Program-made: the position numbers and the translations under genes
Notes under the pieces: model-generated
What the model saw: the letters and a program-made list of their open reading frames with translations, nothing else
What the model was told of the DNA's origin: nothing
The model's database searches: none
In this document: positions 27,205 through 40,805 of the stretch, piece by piece
How the letters are laid out: the number at the start of each line of letters is the position of its first letter
Position numbering within the stretch: the first letter of the stretch is position 1
Assembly (NCBI GenBank): GCA_038087875.1
Contig: CM075992.1
Location: 3,040,001 to 3,104,000, forward strand
From: Malacoraja senta
Taxonomy: Eukaryota
Direction of reading: 5' to 3'
Length of the DNA: 64,000 nt

Positions 27205-27554
27205 CCACTCTCCATGCTAATTGAGTTTTGGAAATGCAACAGGATGATGCATAAGGTCTTCATCAATATTCATGCGGGAACCCACAACACATTGAAATAA
27301 ACCACAATGAAAGACAGTCATTGATCCCAGAGCTTCTTACAATTGAGATTCAACTGAAACCTGCCTCGCTATGCAAACGTCAACCTTTGCCATCGGTTTC
27401 CACTGATGTTCAATCCATTGTGTGGTGTTCTGATACATTGCTCATGCTGTCAAGTGTGCTTGCCCTGGCTGAGCATATCATAGCGTCGTACAACACAGAA
27501 ACAGGCCCTTCAGCCCAACTTCCCCCATGCTGACCAAGCTGCCCCATCTATACT

Positions 27555-28541
27555 AGGAGTAAAAAGTAACAATTGTTTTCGTCACGAGTATTTTTTTACT
27601 CGTGGACATTTTTCGCAGTGTTGAATAAACTTCAAGAGTAACAAAATACTGGTGATGAAAAAAACACGTTACTTTTTACTAGTAGGAGCTTACATAGAAA
27701 ATAGGTGCAGGAGTAGGCCATTCGGCCCTTCGAGCCTGCACCGCCATTCAATATGATCATGGCTGATCATCCAACTCAGTATCCCGTACCTGCCTTCTCT
27801 CCATACCCCCTGGTCCCTTTAGCCACAAGGGCCACATCTAACTCCCTCTTAAATATAGCCAATGAACTGGCCTCAACTACCCTCTGTGGCAGAGAGTTCC
27901 AGAGATTCGCCACTCTCTGTGTGAAAAAGTTTTTCCTCATCTCGGTCTTAAAGGATTTCCCCCCTTATCCTTAAGCTGTGACCCCTTGTCCTGGACTCCC
28001 CCAACATCGGGAACAATCTTCCTGCATCTAGCCTGTCCAACCCCATAAGAATTTTGTACGTTTCTATAAGATCCCCCCTCAATCTCCTAAATTCTAGCGA
28101 GTATAAGCCAATTCTATCCAGTCTTTCTTCATATGAAAGTCCTGACATCACAGGAATCAGTCTGGTGAACCTTCTCTGTACTCCCTCTATGGCTATAATG
28201 TCCTTCCTCAGATTTGGAGACCAAAACTGTACGCAATACTCCAGGTGTGGTCTCACCAAGACCCTGTACAACTGCAGTAGAACCTCCCTGCTCCTATACT
28301 CAAATCCTTTTGCTATGAAAGCTAACATACCATTCGCTTTCTTCACTGCCTGCTGCACCTGCATGCCTACTTTCAATGACTGGTGTACCATGACACCCAG
28401 GTCTCGCTGCATCTCCCCATTTCCTAATCGGCCATGAACATACTCGTGGAAGGTCGTAGGAGTCCGTAGAATACCACGAGTTTGATTTTTTTTTTAACTC
28501 GGGAGAGCTCTTGGGTGAACTCGCATAGTGGGACAGGCCCT
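27555..28541. mobile_element. Partial Harbinger-like MITE (right TIR only) interrupted by a CR1 fragment (27692-28434, minus strand)
   Basis: Ends gcatagtgggacaggccct followed by TTA; inserted CR1 ORF QRDLGVMVHQSLK...LVRPHLEYCVQFWSP. Confidence 0.75.
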
Positions 28542-29311
28542 TTACACACAGAGTGCTGGAGTAACTCAGCAGGTCAGGCAACATGTCTGGAGAAAAAGGG
28601 TGGGTGACTTTTCGGGTTGGAACTCTTCTTCACGCCCGTCCTTTTCCTCCAGAGATGCTGCCTAACCGATTGAGTTACTCAAGCATTTTGTGTCTATGTT
28701 CGACGTAAGCTAGCATCTGTGGTTCCTTCCTGCACATTAGGTTAGGGGGATATGAATGAATGAATGAATGAATGAATGAATGAATGAATAAGTTTACTGG
28801 CCAAGTACGTACACATACAAGGAATTTGCCTTGGTGCTCCGCTCGCAAGTAACAACACGACACACAGTAAACAATTAAGAATAAAATATAAAACATTAAG
28901 AATAAAACAGTATAGTTTAAACATATGGATGAAATAAAATACAAGAGCAAAAGGATATGGGTAAAACATGGTTAAACCTGGGACCGGTGTAGATGAAAGA
29001 TCTGGAGTAACTCAGCGGGACAGGCAGCATCTCTGGAGAGAAGGAATGGGTGACGTTTCAGGTCGAGACCCTTCTTCAGACTGAAGAGACCGAAACGTCA
29101 CCCATTCCTTCTCTCCACACCTTTCACACTTTACACTTCATTATCTATGTACCTCCCACTCCCCTGACATCAGTCTGAAGAAGGGTCTCGACCCTGAAAT
29201 GTCACCCATTCCTTCTCTCCCGAGATGCTACCTGTCCCGCTGAGTTATTCCGTCTTTTTGTATCTATCTTCGGTTTAAACCAGCACCTGCAGTTCCTTCC
29301 TACACAATAGT

Positions 29312-30355
29312 TAGCAATGTTACAAAATTTTGAGATTTAAAAAATAAAGTCTGCAATTTATCCCATCAGATAAAGCTTAAAAATAAGTTTAATTTGACAC
29401 CTAATTCACTTTCATATCTTCAGTATTAAAAAGGTTATGGCCATTTTCATACTCGGAAATTAGCATCTTGTTCCCTATTGCTTTTCCATTGACTTAACAC
29501 AAAAGCTGTGATCGAGGACAGTTAAAAGCCCATAACTTTCTTAAAAATTAAGAGAACTGAAAGAAATTTTCAGTTATTATAGATTGAAGCATTGTGAAAC
29601 AAATATGAAACAATCTTACTTAGATGACATGAAATTAAAGCATATAATTAGTTAGTTACCTAATTGTAGCTAATTACAAAATTCAATTACTAGATCTAAA
29701 CATCTATCAATTTCTTAAGAATAGATTAACATTTTTAAATAGCCTAAGTGTCCAAATAACATTCACACAAGAATTCACAATATAACATAATTTTTAAATC
29801 TCATTGTCATGGATTTATAGGCCAAATGGAAGGAATTTAATGTTTAATACCTGTAAATTAATGGCCAGTTAAATCATCTTGCGAGTGGGTTTTTCTGGAA
29901 CGCGATCATTTCGAACGTTGCTGTTGCAGTGAATTTAAACCCGTATCGGCATGAAAAATACTGCCGGTTCGTTCGGGGGAAAAAATCACCGTTTCGCAAC
30001 TTAAAATGTGAATTAAAGGCATCTTAAGGAGCACTTTTATACATAAAATAAACGGCTTTCGTTTACCTGTCCCGTGCGTGAAATCCGTCCCCGTTGTCGG
30101 CGTTGACGGCTTTAGAAGTTGATTTTAAAATTAACTCCAGCGCTGAAATTTTCGATCGAATAAAAATAAAAAATACACAAAACGCCCGTCGGAACGATTC
30201 TTCAGCAAAAGCTTGCACTCCAACGAAATATTATCCAGGACAAGGTAGGAGAAACTCGCGTTTTAACCCCGCCCCCCCTCAAAGGCGCCAAAATGGCGCA
30301 CACGGCCAGTGGCAGAATTGCAGCGCCGCTGAAGGTAAGTATTGTAACATACCTA
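29312..30355. mobile_element. ~1.04 kb AT-rich non-autonomous DNA transposon with imperfect TAG...CTA termini (hAT-like)
   Basis: Left tagcaatgttacaaaattt versus the reverse complement of the right end taggtatgttacaatactt (15 of 19 match); no ORF; no intact TSD. Confidence 0.6.
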
Positions 30356-30842
30356 CTCCTAGGAGCTCGTGAACATACTCGCGGAAGGTCGTAGGAGTTC
30401 GTAGAATGCCACGAGTGATTTAAAAAAAAACTTGGGAGAGCTCTTGGGTGAACTCGCATCGTGGGACAGGCCCTTCACTGTTGCTGACGACTCTTCCTCC
30501 ATACAGCACCTTGCGCGACTCGTTGCTGAACCGCCACTCATCCTTATACTAAGGCTCCAAAACTAGTATCATACATGGGATATCATACAACAGTGTGAGC
30601 TGGTGATTGATGGACTCGGTGGGCTGTAGGGCCTGTTTCCACGCTGCATCTTTCAATGAATCAAGATATAGTCAGCAATCTGAGATCGAAGGTGGCGTCA
30701 TTTATTTCATGATGACAAAAAATACTATCCGGCCCACAGTATACATGGAGCAATTCCCAGGGAGCTAGCCCACTAGCCCTATCACCCTCTCCTTATTTTC
30801 CGCAAACCTTGCTCTCTCCCAAGCCCATCAAATTCCCTTGGG

Positions 30843-31168
30843 TTCCCGATGTTGGGGGAATCCAGAACCAGGGGCCACAGTTTAAGAATAAGGGGTAAGC
30901 CATTTAGAACGGAGACGAGGAAACACTTTTTCTCACAGAGGGTTGTGAGTCTGTAGAATTCTCTGCCTCAGAAGGCGGTGGAGGCCAATTCTCTGGATGC
31001 TTTCAAGAAAGAGTTAGGTAGAGCTCTTAAGGATAGTGGAGTCAGGGGATATGAGGAGAAGGTAGGAACGTGGTACTGATTGGGGATGATCAGCCATGAT
31101 CACAATGAATGGAGGTGCTGGCTCGAAGGGCCGAATGGCCTACTCCTGCACCTATTGTCTATTGTCTA
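30843..31168 (+). mobile_element. CR1/HER1-like LINE 3' fragment (an oppositely oriented copy lies at ~31455-31828)
   Basis: Shared 3'UTR and (ATTGTCT)n tail. Confidence 0.85.
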
Positions 31169-33299
31169 TAGTGGGGCTGGCGTTTTCTCAAGCAGGGGTA
31201 GATTATGCCAAGCGGCGAGGTGCTGGAGGAACTCAGCGGGCCAGGCGGCATCTGTGGAAGGAAATGGACAGATGACGTTTCGTGTCAGGACTGTTGGATA
31301 AACTCATATAAAGTGATTAGAATCCATAGTCTTTTATTAGCAACTCTGCAGAGGAAACTCAAAGAGCTTTCATCTCAGCATGCATACTACTAGTCTAACA
31401 GAGAGAGAGGGAGAGATAGAGCTCTCTAATAAGCCTGTGGGCGGAGCCACAGTATAGAAACATAGAAACATAGAAAATAGGTGCAGGAGTAGGCCATTCG
31501 GCCCTTCGAGCCTGCACCGCCATTCAATATGATCATGGCCGATCATCCAACTCAGTATCCTGTACCTGCCTTCTCTCCATACCCCCTGATCCCTTTAGCC
31601 ACAAGGGCCACATCTAACTCCCTCTTAAATATAGCCAATGAACTGGCCTCAACTACCTTCTGTGGCAGAGAATTCCAGAGATTCACCACTCTCTGTGTAA
31701 AAAAATGATTTTCTAATCTCGGTCCTAAAAGACTTTCCCCTTATCCTTAAACTGTGACCCCTTGTTCTGGACTTCCCCAACATCGGGAATAATCTTCCTG
31801 CATCTAGCCTGTCCAACCCCTTAAGAACGTATGAGTGGCACTAATCTACAGGACACTTCTTCAGACCGATGGAGCTAGAGAGGAGAAAGCCGGGAACGAG
31901 AGTTGAGGGGAAGAGTTGAGAAAAATGCTGGCAAGTGGGTTCAAGTGAGGAGGGTTGGTTGGCAGATGGATGGAGATAGTAGCAAAGGCTAGAGGTGACA
32001 AAGGAGACAGAAGGGTCTCAGATGAGAAAGGAAGTGGAAGACTGAAACATGAAACTCTATTTCACCTCAACATCTCCCGGGAAGTGAGTATTGGATTTCA
32101 AAATGCAATGTCAAAGTCTGTCTAATCGAGAGTGAAGGACTGGGTTTCACAGTGGCCTCGAGTGTTGGATGCTGCCTAACATGGGCACAACTTGCCGATT
32201 TAAAATTAAAAAAAGAAAGCTGTTTCAAGCTCCCAGTGTTGGGAGCTTTCATTGAAGGACTTTGTTGGAAGGTGTGTGTATGACAACGTGTGTTTGTGTG
32301 TCTCTTTGTGTATGTGTGTGCTGCAATGTGTATATGTCAATGTATGTGTGTGAGACAGTGTGTGTGTGTGTCAATGTGTGTGTGTTCCTCAATACACATC
32401 AGTGTGTCTCAATGTTTATCAATGTGAGTGAAGATAGACACAAAAAGCTGGAGTAACTAAGCGGGACAGGCAGCATCTCTGGAGAGAAGGGAATGAGACT
32501 GAAGAAGGGTCTGGTGGCGCAGCGGTAGAGTTGCTGCTTTACAGCGAATGCAGTGGCGGAGACCCGGGTTCGATCCCGACTATAGGTGCTGTCTGTACGG
32601 AGTTTGTCAATGGTGTGTATGTCAGTGTATGTGTGTGAGACAGTGTGTGTGTGTGTGTGTCAATGTGTGTGTTCCTCAATACACATCAGTGTGTCCCAAT
32701 GTTTATCAATGTGAGTGAAGATAGACACAAAATGCTGGAGTAACTCAGCGAGACAGGCAGCATCTCTGGAGAGAAGGAACGGGTCTCGACCTGAGACCCG
32801 AAACGTCACCCATTCCTTCCCTCCAGAGATGCTGCCTGTCCCGCTGAGTTACTCCAGCATTTTCTGTCTATCTTCGATTTTAACCAGTATCTGCAGTTCC
32901 TTCCCACACACTGAATGTGAGTGAAGGTGCATCGTGTTTGAGACAATGTGTGTGGATAAGTGAACCATCCTCCCAGAACCAGAGAGCAGTCCTGAGCCAC
33001 TGTCGGACTATTCTTGCTGATTTTACTGGCTTCACCTTGCACTAAACATTATTCCCCTACACTGCACATGGCTGGATTGTAATCATGCATTGACTTTCCA
33101 CTGGCTGGTTGGCACGCAACAAAAGCTTTTCACTGTACTACGGTACACGTTCAGTTCAGTTCAGTTTAGTTTATAAACTGATAACTGGTATGTATGTGTG
33201 CGTGTGTGCCTCATTGTGTGTATGTCAGTGAGTGTGTGTGTGTATTAGTTCAGAATCGGGCAGATAACATCTGCTTATGCCAAATTTCAGCAACAAACA

Positions 33300-33765
33300 T
33301 AAAAGACTAGAACAAGTAGTAAACACTGCCCAGTCCATCATCGGCTCTGACCTCCCTTCCATCGAGGGGATCTATCGCAGTCGCTGCCTCAAAAAGGCTG
33401 GCAGCATCATCAAGGACCCACACCATCCTGGCCACACACTCATCTCCCCGCTACCTTCAGGTAGAAGGTACAGGAGCCTGAAGACTGCAACGACCAGGTT
33501 CAGGAATAGCTACTTCCCCACAGCCATCGGGCTATTAAACTTGGCTCGGACAAAACTCTGAACATTAATAGCCCATAATCTATTTATTTGCACTTTATCA
33601 ATTTATTTATTCATGTGTGTGTGTATAGATTTATATAATGGTATATGGACACACTGATCTGTTTTGTAGTCAATGCCTACTATGTTCTGTTGTGCTGAAG
33701 CAAAGCAAGAATTTCATTGTCCTATCAGGGACACATGACAATAAACTCTCTTGAACTCTTGAACT
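33300..33765 (+). mobile_element. Rex1-type LINE 3' fragment
   Basis: VVNTAQSIIGSDLPSIEGIYRSRCLKKAGSIIKDPHHPGH...LPSGRRYRS; gacaataaa plus (TCTTGAA)n-like tail. Confidence 0.88.
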
Positions 33766-35327
33766 GTTGAAGCAATAATGTCTATTATTTATGAGGTAAT
33801 GCAGCAGTGTGGAATCGCTATTACCCCAAGCTGAGGGCATGAGGAGGCGTGTGTATCAGAGGGCAGCAGAGAGTGAGCCAGATTGCTATGGTCTGCAGTG
33901 ACATGTTGACCAGACTGGAAAGGGTGGCACGTTTCCTTCTGTAAAGCGTTAATGAACCAGGTGAGCTTTTATGACTGCTGCCTGTCCCGCTGAGTTACTC
34001 CAGCATTTTGTGTCTACCTTTGGTTCAAACCAGCATCTGCAGTTCCTTCCTTCACATTTCGTCCGCTCCACTGCGAAATCTATTCAAGGTATGTCCACCT
34101 TGAAGACGTTCTCCACCTCTCTCCGACAAGATCCTCTCTCACTGCTCCCTCTCTGTGATTCCCTGTTTTCACACCTTCACACTTCCTTATCTCTCTATCT
34201 CCCTCCCCTCTGACGTCAGTCCGAAGAAGGGTCTCGAACCGAAACGTCGCCCATTTCTTCTCTCCGGAGATGCTGCCTGTCCCGCTGAGTTTTGCTGTGT
34301 CTATCTTTCGGCTTTGTCACCGAGGCTGGATTTTTATACCAGATTATTGAACTCGCTCAAATTCCTTAGCTGTCGTGGTAAGGTGTGATCGATGGCTGGC
34401 CCGTCAACATAAGCATCAACTCTGTGGAATTGTCACATGCATGATGGTCTATAATCTCTTAGGAGTATCTAAAATAGACTGAGAAAAAGGTATGAATAAG
34501 GTCTGGCTATGATTCTGCATAATCATAGAGTTACACAGCATGGAATCGGGCCCTTCAACCCAACATCCATGCCCACTAAGTTGGCATTCTGGGCTGCTCC
34601 CATTTCAGTTCAGTTCAGTTTAGTTTATTGTCATGTGTACCGAGGTACAATGAAAAGCTTTTGTTGCGTGCTAACCAGTCGGCTTCCTATGCTCCAAAGG
34701 GAAAAGTCCAAGCCTGTACAGCCTCCTTCAGTATCGATCCCACAACCTCTGGTGAATCTCCTCCGCACCCTATGAATTTATTCTGCACTGTATAGACATT
34801 ATACAGGGACGTCGGCTCTGAATCCAGTTAAAATATAGAGATAGACACAAAATGCTGGAGTAACTCAGCGGGACAGGCAGCATCTCTGGAGAGAAGAAAT
34901 GGGTGACGTTTCGGGTCTTGACCCTTCTTCAGACTGACTGAATGAATGAATGAATGATTTAGTTTATTGGCCAAGTATTCACATACAAGGAATTTGCCTT
35001 GGTGCTCCGCCCGCAAGTGACAACATGACATACAGTGACAGTTAAGAATGACACATAAAACGTTAATAATAACACATGAAGTAGGGTCACGACCCGAAAC
35101 GTCACCCATTCCTTCTCTCCAGAGATGCTGCCTGTCCCGCTGAGTTACTCCAGCATTTTGTGTCTATCTTAAACCAGCATCTGCAGTTCCTTCCAACTTT
35201 TTTTCTCTCCCTTCCATTCTGATGAAGGGCCTCGGACCTGAAACGTTAACTGGATATACATATTGGCCAGCTCAGCTGTGTTGCGGGTGCAGATATAACG
35301 TGACGTTATTCTCTTTTGCCTCCACAG

Positions 35328-35419
35328 TATTGTTGCAACAACAGGGGCAGAATTCGACCTTCGAACGCTGCGTGCGGTGAGGGTTCTCCGACCCTTGAAG
35401 CTGGTTTCTGGAATTCCAA
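35328..35419 (+). CDS. CACNA1A: Cav2.1 alpha-1A coding exon (equivalent to human exon 4): end of IS3 and the IS4 voltage sensor
   Basis: Acceptor ctcttttgcctccacag| and donor A|gtaagt; 92 nt. Translates (G)[30 protein letters not shown](S), the Cav2 IS4 with periodic R/K. Confidence 0.93.
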
Positions 35420-35819
35420 GTAAGTATCACTCCTTTTTCCAGAGACAGACACAGAATGCTGGAGTAACTCAGCGGGGACAGGCAGCCATCTCTGGAGAGA
35501 AGGAATGGGTGACGTTTCGGGTCGAGACCCTTCTTCTCGACCCTGAACGTCACCCATTCCTTCTGTCCAGAGATCTGCTGCCTGTCCCGCTGAGCTACTC
35601 CAGCTTTTTGTGGCTGTCTTCGATTTAAACCAGCATCCGCTGTTCCTTCCTACACACTCCTTCTTCTAGTGTCGGTTTCAGAGAGATCGAGTGGTTAATC
35701 CTCCATCAAATTCAAGGCGGCACAGTGGCGCAGCGGTAGAGTTGCTGCCTCCTAGCGCCAGAGACCCAGGTTCGATCCTAAACATAGGTGCTGTCTGTGC
35801 GGAGTTTGCACGTTCTCCC

Positions 35820-36590
35820 CTGGCCCTCAACACCAGCAAAACCAAGGAACTGATTGTGGACTTTGGAAGGAGTAGGATGGGGACCCACAGTCCCGTTTAT
35901 ATCAACGGGTCGATGGTTGAAAGGGTCAAGAGCTTCAAATTCCTGGGCGTGCACATATCTGAAGATCTTTCCTGGTCCGAGAACACTGATGCCATTATTA
36001 AGAAAGCACATCAGCGCCTCTACTTCCTGAGAAGATTACGGAGAGTCGGCTTGTCAAGGAGGACTCTCTCTAACTTCTACAGGTGCACAGTAGAGAGCAT
36101 GCTGACCGGTTGCATCGTGGCTTGGTTCGGCAACTTGAGTGCCCTGGAGAGGAAAAGACTACAAAAAGTAGTAAACACTGCCCAGTCCATCATCGGCTCT
36201 GACCTTCCTTCCATCGAGGGGATCTATCACAGTCGCTGCCTCAAATAGGCTGGCAGCATCATCAAGGACCCACACCATCCTGGCCACACACTCATCTCCC
36301 TACTACCTTCAGGTAGAAGGTACAGGAGCCTGAAGACTGCAACGACCAGGTTCAGGAATAGCTACTTCCCCACAGCCATCAGGCTATTAAACCTGGCTCG
36401 GACATAACACTGAACTTTATTAGCCAATACTGTTATTTGCACTTTATCAGTATATTGACCATTGTGTATATATTTATAGAATGCCTTGTAGTCAATGCCT
36501 ATGTTCTGTTGTGCTGAAGCAAAGCAAGAATTTCATTGTCCTATCAGAGACACATGACAATAAACTCACTTGACTAAACTTGACTTGACC
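35820..36590 (+). mobile_element. 5'-truncated Rex1/Babar-type LINE inserted in a V-SINE (35716-36790)
   Basis: ORF LNTSKTKELIVDF...FKFLGVHISEDLSW...KKAHQRLYFLRRL; the SINE head precedes and the SINE body follows it. Confidence 0.9.
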
Positions 36591-37014
36591 GTTGGGTTTT
36601 TCTCTGGGTGTTCCGGTTTCCTCCCACATTCCCAAGACATGCAGGTTTGCAAGTTAGTCGACCCTCTGTAAATTGCCCTTGGTGTGTGGGATGCGAAAGA
36701 TGGGATAAGATGGAAGTAGTACATGGGTGATCGATGGTCGGCATGGACTCGGTGGGCCGAAGGGCAATTTCCATGTTGTATCTCTAAACTAAACATGCCC
36801 CAAGAGTAATGCTCAATGTAGCACCTGAGAGAAGCGTTGGAATAGTTTCAGTTTAGTTTATTGACACGAGTACCGAGGCACAGGGAAAAGCTTTTGTTGC
36901 GTGCTAACCAGTCAGCGGAAAGACAATACATGATTACAGCCATAATAGCCATTATATATAGCCATTAGCCATTATTATTAAAGCCATAACATTCTAGCCA
37001 TAACCCGCAATGAT

Positions 37015-37558
37015 AATAGACAATAGACAATAGACAATAGACAATAGGTGCAGGAGCAGGCCATTTGGTCCTTCGACCATTCAATGTGATCATGGCTGAT
37101 CATCCCCAATCAGTACCTTCTCCTGCCTTCTCCCCATATCCCCTGACTCCGCTATTTTTTAAGAGCCCTATCTAGCTCTCTCTTGAAAGCATCCAGAGAA
37201 CCTGCCTCCACCACCCTCTGAGGCAGAGAATTCCACAGACTCACCACTCTCTGTGAGAAAAAGTGTTTCCTCGTCTCCATTCTAAAAGGCTTACTCCTTA
37301 TTCTTAAACTGTGTGGCCCCTGGTTCTGGACACCCCCAACATGGGGAACATGTTTCCTGCCTCTAGCGTGTCCAAGCCCTTAACAATCTTATATGTTTCA
37401 ATGAGATCACCTCTCATCCTTCTAAACTCCAGAGTGTACAAGCCCAGCTGCTCCATTCTCTCAGCATATGACAGTCCCGCCATCCCGGGAATTAACCTTG
37501 TAAACCTACGCTGCACTCCCTCAATAGCAAGAATGTCCTTCCTCAAATTAGGGGACCA
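37015..37558 (-). mobile_element. CR1/HER1-like LINE 3' fragment
   Basis: RKDILAIEGVQRRFTRLIPG... with an (ATTGTCT)n tail. Confidence 0.9.
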
Positions 37559-38205
37559 TTAGGTAATGTTCCAAGTTAGGTTAAGTTAGGGTAAGTTTAC
37601 CCTTGCTACATCTAACAAGATACAGAGTAAAGCTTTGTATTGTATCCTGTTCAATCAGTGCAGATAATATAGAACAATAGATAGAAACATAGACAATAGG
37701 TGCAGGAGGAGGCCATTCAGCCCTTCGAGCCAGCACCGCCATTCATTGTGATCATGGCTGATCGTCCCAAATCAATAACCCGTGCCTGCCTTCTCCTCAA
37801 TACTGTATATTAATACAATCAAGTCAAACTTAAGTACAATGGGTAGAGTAAAGGGGAAGATTCAGAGTTCAGGAAATAGTTCTCAGCATTGTAGCGCATC
37901 AGTTCCATAGACAGAGTCCAATGTCCACAATGGGGTAGAGATGAATCAGACAGTACCCCAGCTTATGGAAGGATTATGGATGCTTTCAAGAGAGAGCTAG
38001 AGAGGCTCTTAAAAATAGCGGAGTCAGGGGATATGGGCAGAAGGCAGGAACGGGGTACTGATTGGGGATGATCAGCCATGATCACATTGAATGGCGGTGC
38101 TGGCTCGAAGGGCCAAATGGCCTACTCGTGCACCTATTGTCTATTGTCTATTGTCTGTTGATTATTCAAAAGCCAGATAACAGAGGTGGAAGAAGCTGTT
38201 CCTTA

Positions 38206-38537
38206 AGGGCCTGTCCCACTGTACGAGGTAATTCAAGAGCTCTTCCGAGTTCTCCCCTGATTCGAGCTTGTGTAATGTACGTAGCGGGTACGTAGGAGCT
38301 CGTGGATGTCCTGTAGCGGCTCGTACGAGTAACGGTAGGTACTCGGGAAACCGGTAAACTCGTGACGTTTTTTCAACACTGTGAAAAATGTCCAGGAGTA
38401 AAAAAATACTGGTGATGATATTTTTAAAAACTTTTTACTCGTACAAGCCCCTACGTACCCGCTATGTACATTACACGAGCTGGAATCGGAGATCTCGGGA
38501 GAACTCTTGAATTACCTCGTACAGTGGGACAGGGGCT
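38206..38537. mobile_element. PIF/Harbinger-like MITE
   Basis: TIRs AGGGCCTGTCCCACTGTACGAGGTAATTCAAGAG; 3-bp TSD TTA at 38203-38205 and 38538-38540. Confidence 0.9.
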
Positions 38538-38869
38538 TTAGTCTGGTGGTGCGTGCTTTCAAACTTCAATGTTGATAAAGTGGGATTAGATAGCAGAAGG
38601 ATTAGATAGCTAGATTGCCATCTTGCAACCAGCACGGATATGACAGGCTGAATATCCTCTTTCTGCTCTCATTTCCATGGTCTTCATCTTCTTGTGTGGA
38701 GTAGAGGGTCTCGACCCGAAACGCCACCTATCTATTTTCTCCAGCGATGCTGCCTGTCCCGCTGCGTTACTCCAGCTCTTTGTGCAGTTTTAATTTGTAA
38801 ACGGGCATCTGCAGTTCCTGGTTTCTCCGACAGTGGGCTTTCTAGGCTTCCAACTGGGGAACACGTTGA

Positions 38870-39166
<297 letters not shown>

Positions 39167-40805
39167 TAGAGTCATGGTGTTGTCTCCGTAGTGGCGCAGC
39201 GGGTAGAGCTGATGCCTCACAGCGCTAGAGACCCGGGTTCGATCCTGATTTTTCTCACAGAGAGGAGTGGTGAGTCTGTGGAATTCTCTGCCTCAGAGGG
39301 CGGTGGAGGCCGGTTCTCTGGATGCTTTCAAGAGAGAGCTAGGTATGTGATCGATAACAGGTTGCGTAGAAATATCTGGTGGATTGAACCTGCATGGACA
39401 GGATGGGCCGAACAATCTTGTTCTGTGTCTTAAGAAGATATGAAATACTTTAGTTTGGTGAGTTTATAGTTGAGAGATACAGCATGGTTCTCTGGATGCT
39501 TTCAAGAGAGAGCTAGGTAGGGCTCTTAAAGATAGCGGAGTCAGGGGATATGGGGAGAAGGCAGGAACGGGGTACTGATTGGGGATGATCAGCCATGATC
39601 ACATTGAATCATGATCACACTCAAAGGGCCAAATGGCCTACTCCTGCACTAGTCTATTGTCTATTGATGTCGGGTGCTGTCCGTGTGGAGTTTGCCCGTT
39701 CTTCCTGTGACCTCGTGAGTTTCCTCCCTGTGCACTGGTTTCCCCCCACATCCTAAAGACGTTCGGATTTGTAGGTTAATTGGCCCTCTGTAATTTGCCT
39801 CTAGTGTGCAGGGAGTGGATATGAAAATGAGATAGCATAGAACTTGTGTGAATGGGTGATCAATGATCAGCATGATGGGCCGAAGGGCCAGTTCTCAACT
39901 ATAAACTCACCAAACTAAAGTATTTCATATCTTCTTAAGACACAGAAGGAGATTGTTCGGCCCATCCTGGCCATGCAGGTTCAATCCACCAGATATTTCT
40001 GCGCAGGTACACAAAAATGCTGGAGAAACTCAGCGGGTGCAGCAGCATCTATGGAGCGAAGGAAATAGGCAACGTTTCAGGCCGAAACCCTTCTTCAGAC
40101 CTGTTATCGATCACATACCAATCAATTCCCCCTGATTCCCCTACACCCACTTACACACAGATACTGTACATACACAGGAGGAAAAGGCCATTAGGTCCTT
40201 CAGCAAGAAGGTGGTGTAGCTGGGGGAGATGCTGCCTCCCAGCACAGGAGACCCGGGATGGGCCGAAGGGCCTCTGTCCATGCTCCATGACTCCATAAAC
40301 TCTAGAACTTGGTTGCAGGTTTTACTTCCTTGCACCAATGACGATATTTCGTTGCCTGGAAAGTGCCGACAAATGGAATTAATAAATGCACCTCCTCCTC
40401 TCCTAATAAAACAACAGAAAACCCTGGGAACACACAGCGGGTCAGGAGGCACCTGCGGAGAGAGAAACCAATGAACGTTTCATGTCCGAGGCCCTTCATC
40501 AGAATGGAAGGGAGAGAAAATAAGTAGGAAGGAACTGCAGATGCTGGTTTAAATCGAAGATAGACGCAAAAATGCTGGAGTAACTCAGCGGGACAGGCAG
40601 CATCTCTGGAGAGAAGGAATGGGTGACATTTCGGTCGAGACCCTTCTTCAGTCAGTCTGGGGAGAAGGCAGGGGAATGTGGTTTGGAGGGAGAGATAGAT
40701 CAGCCATAATTGAATGGCGGGGTAGACTTTAATGGCCCACAGAAAACCCACGCAGGTCACGGGGAGAACGTACAAACTCCTTACACCTGTGGTCGGGATT
40801 GAACC

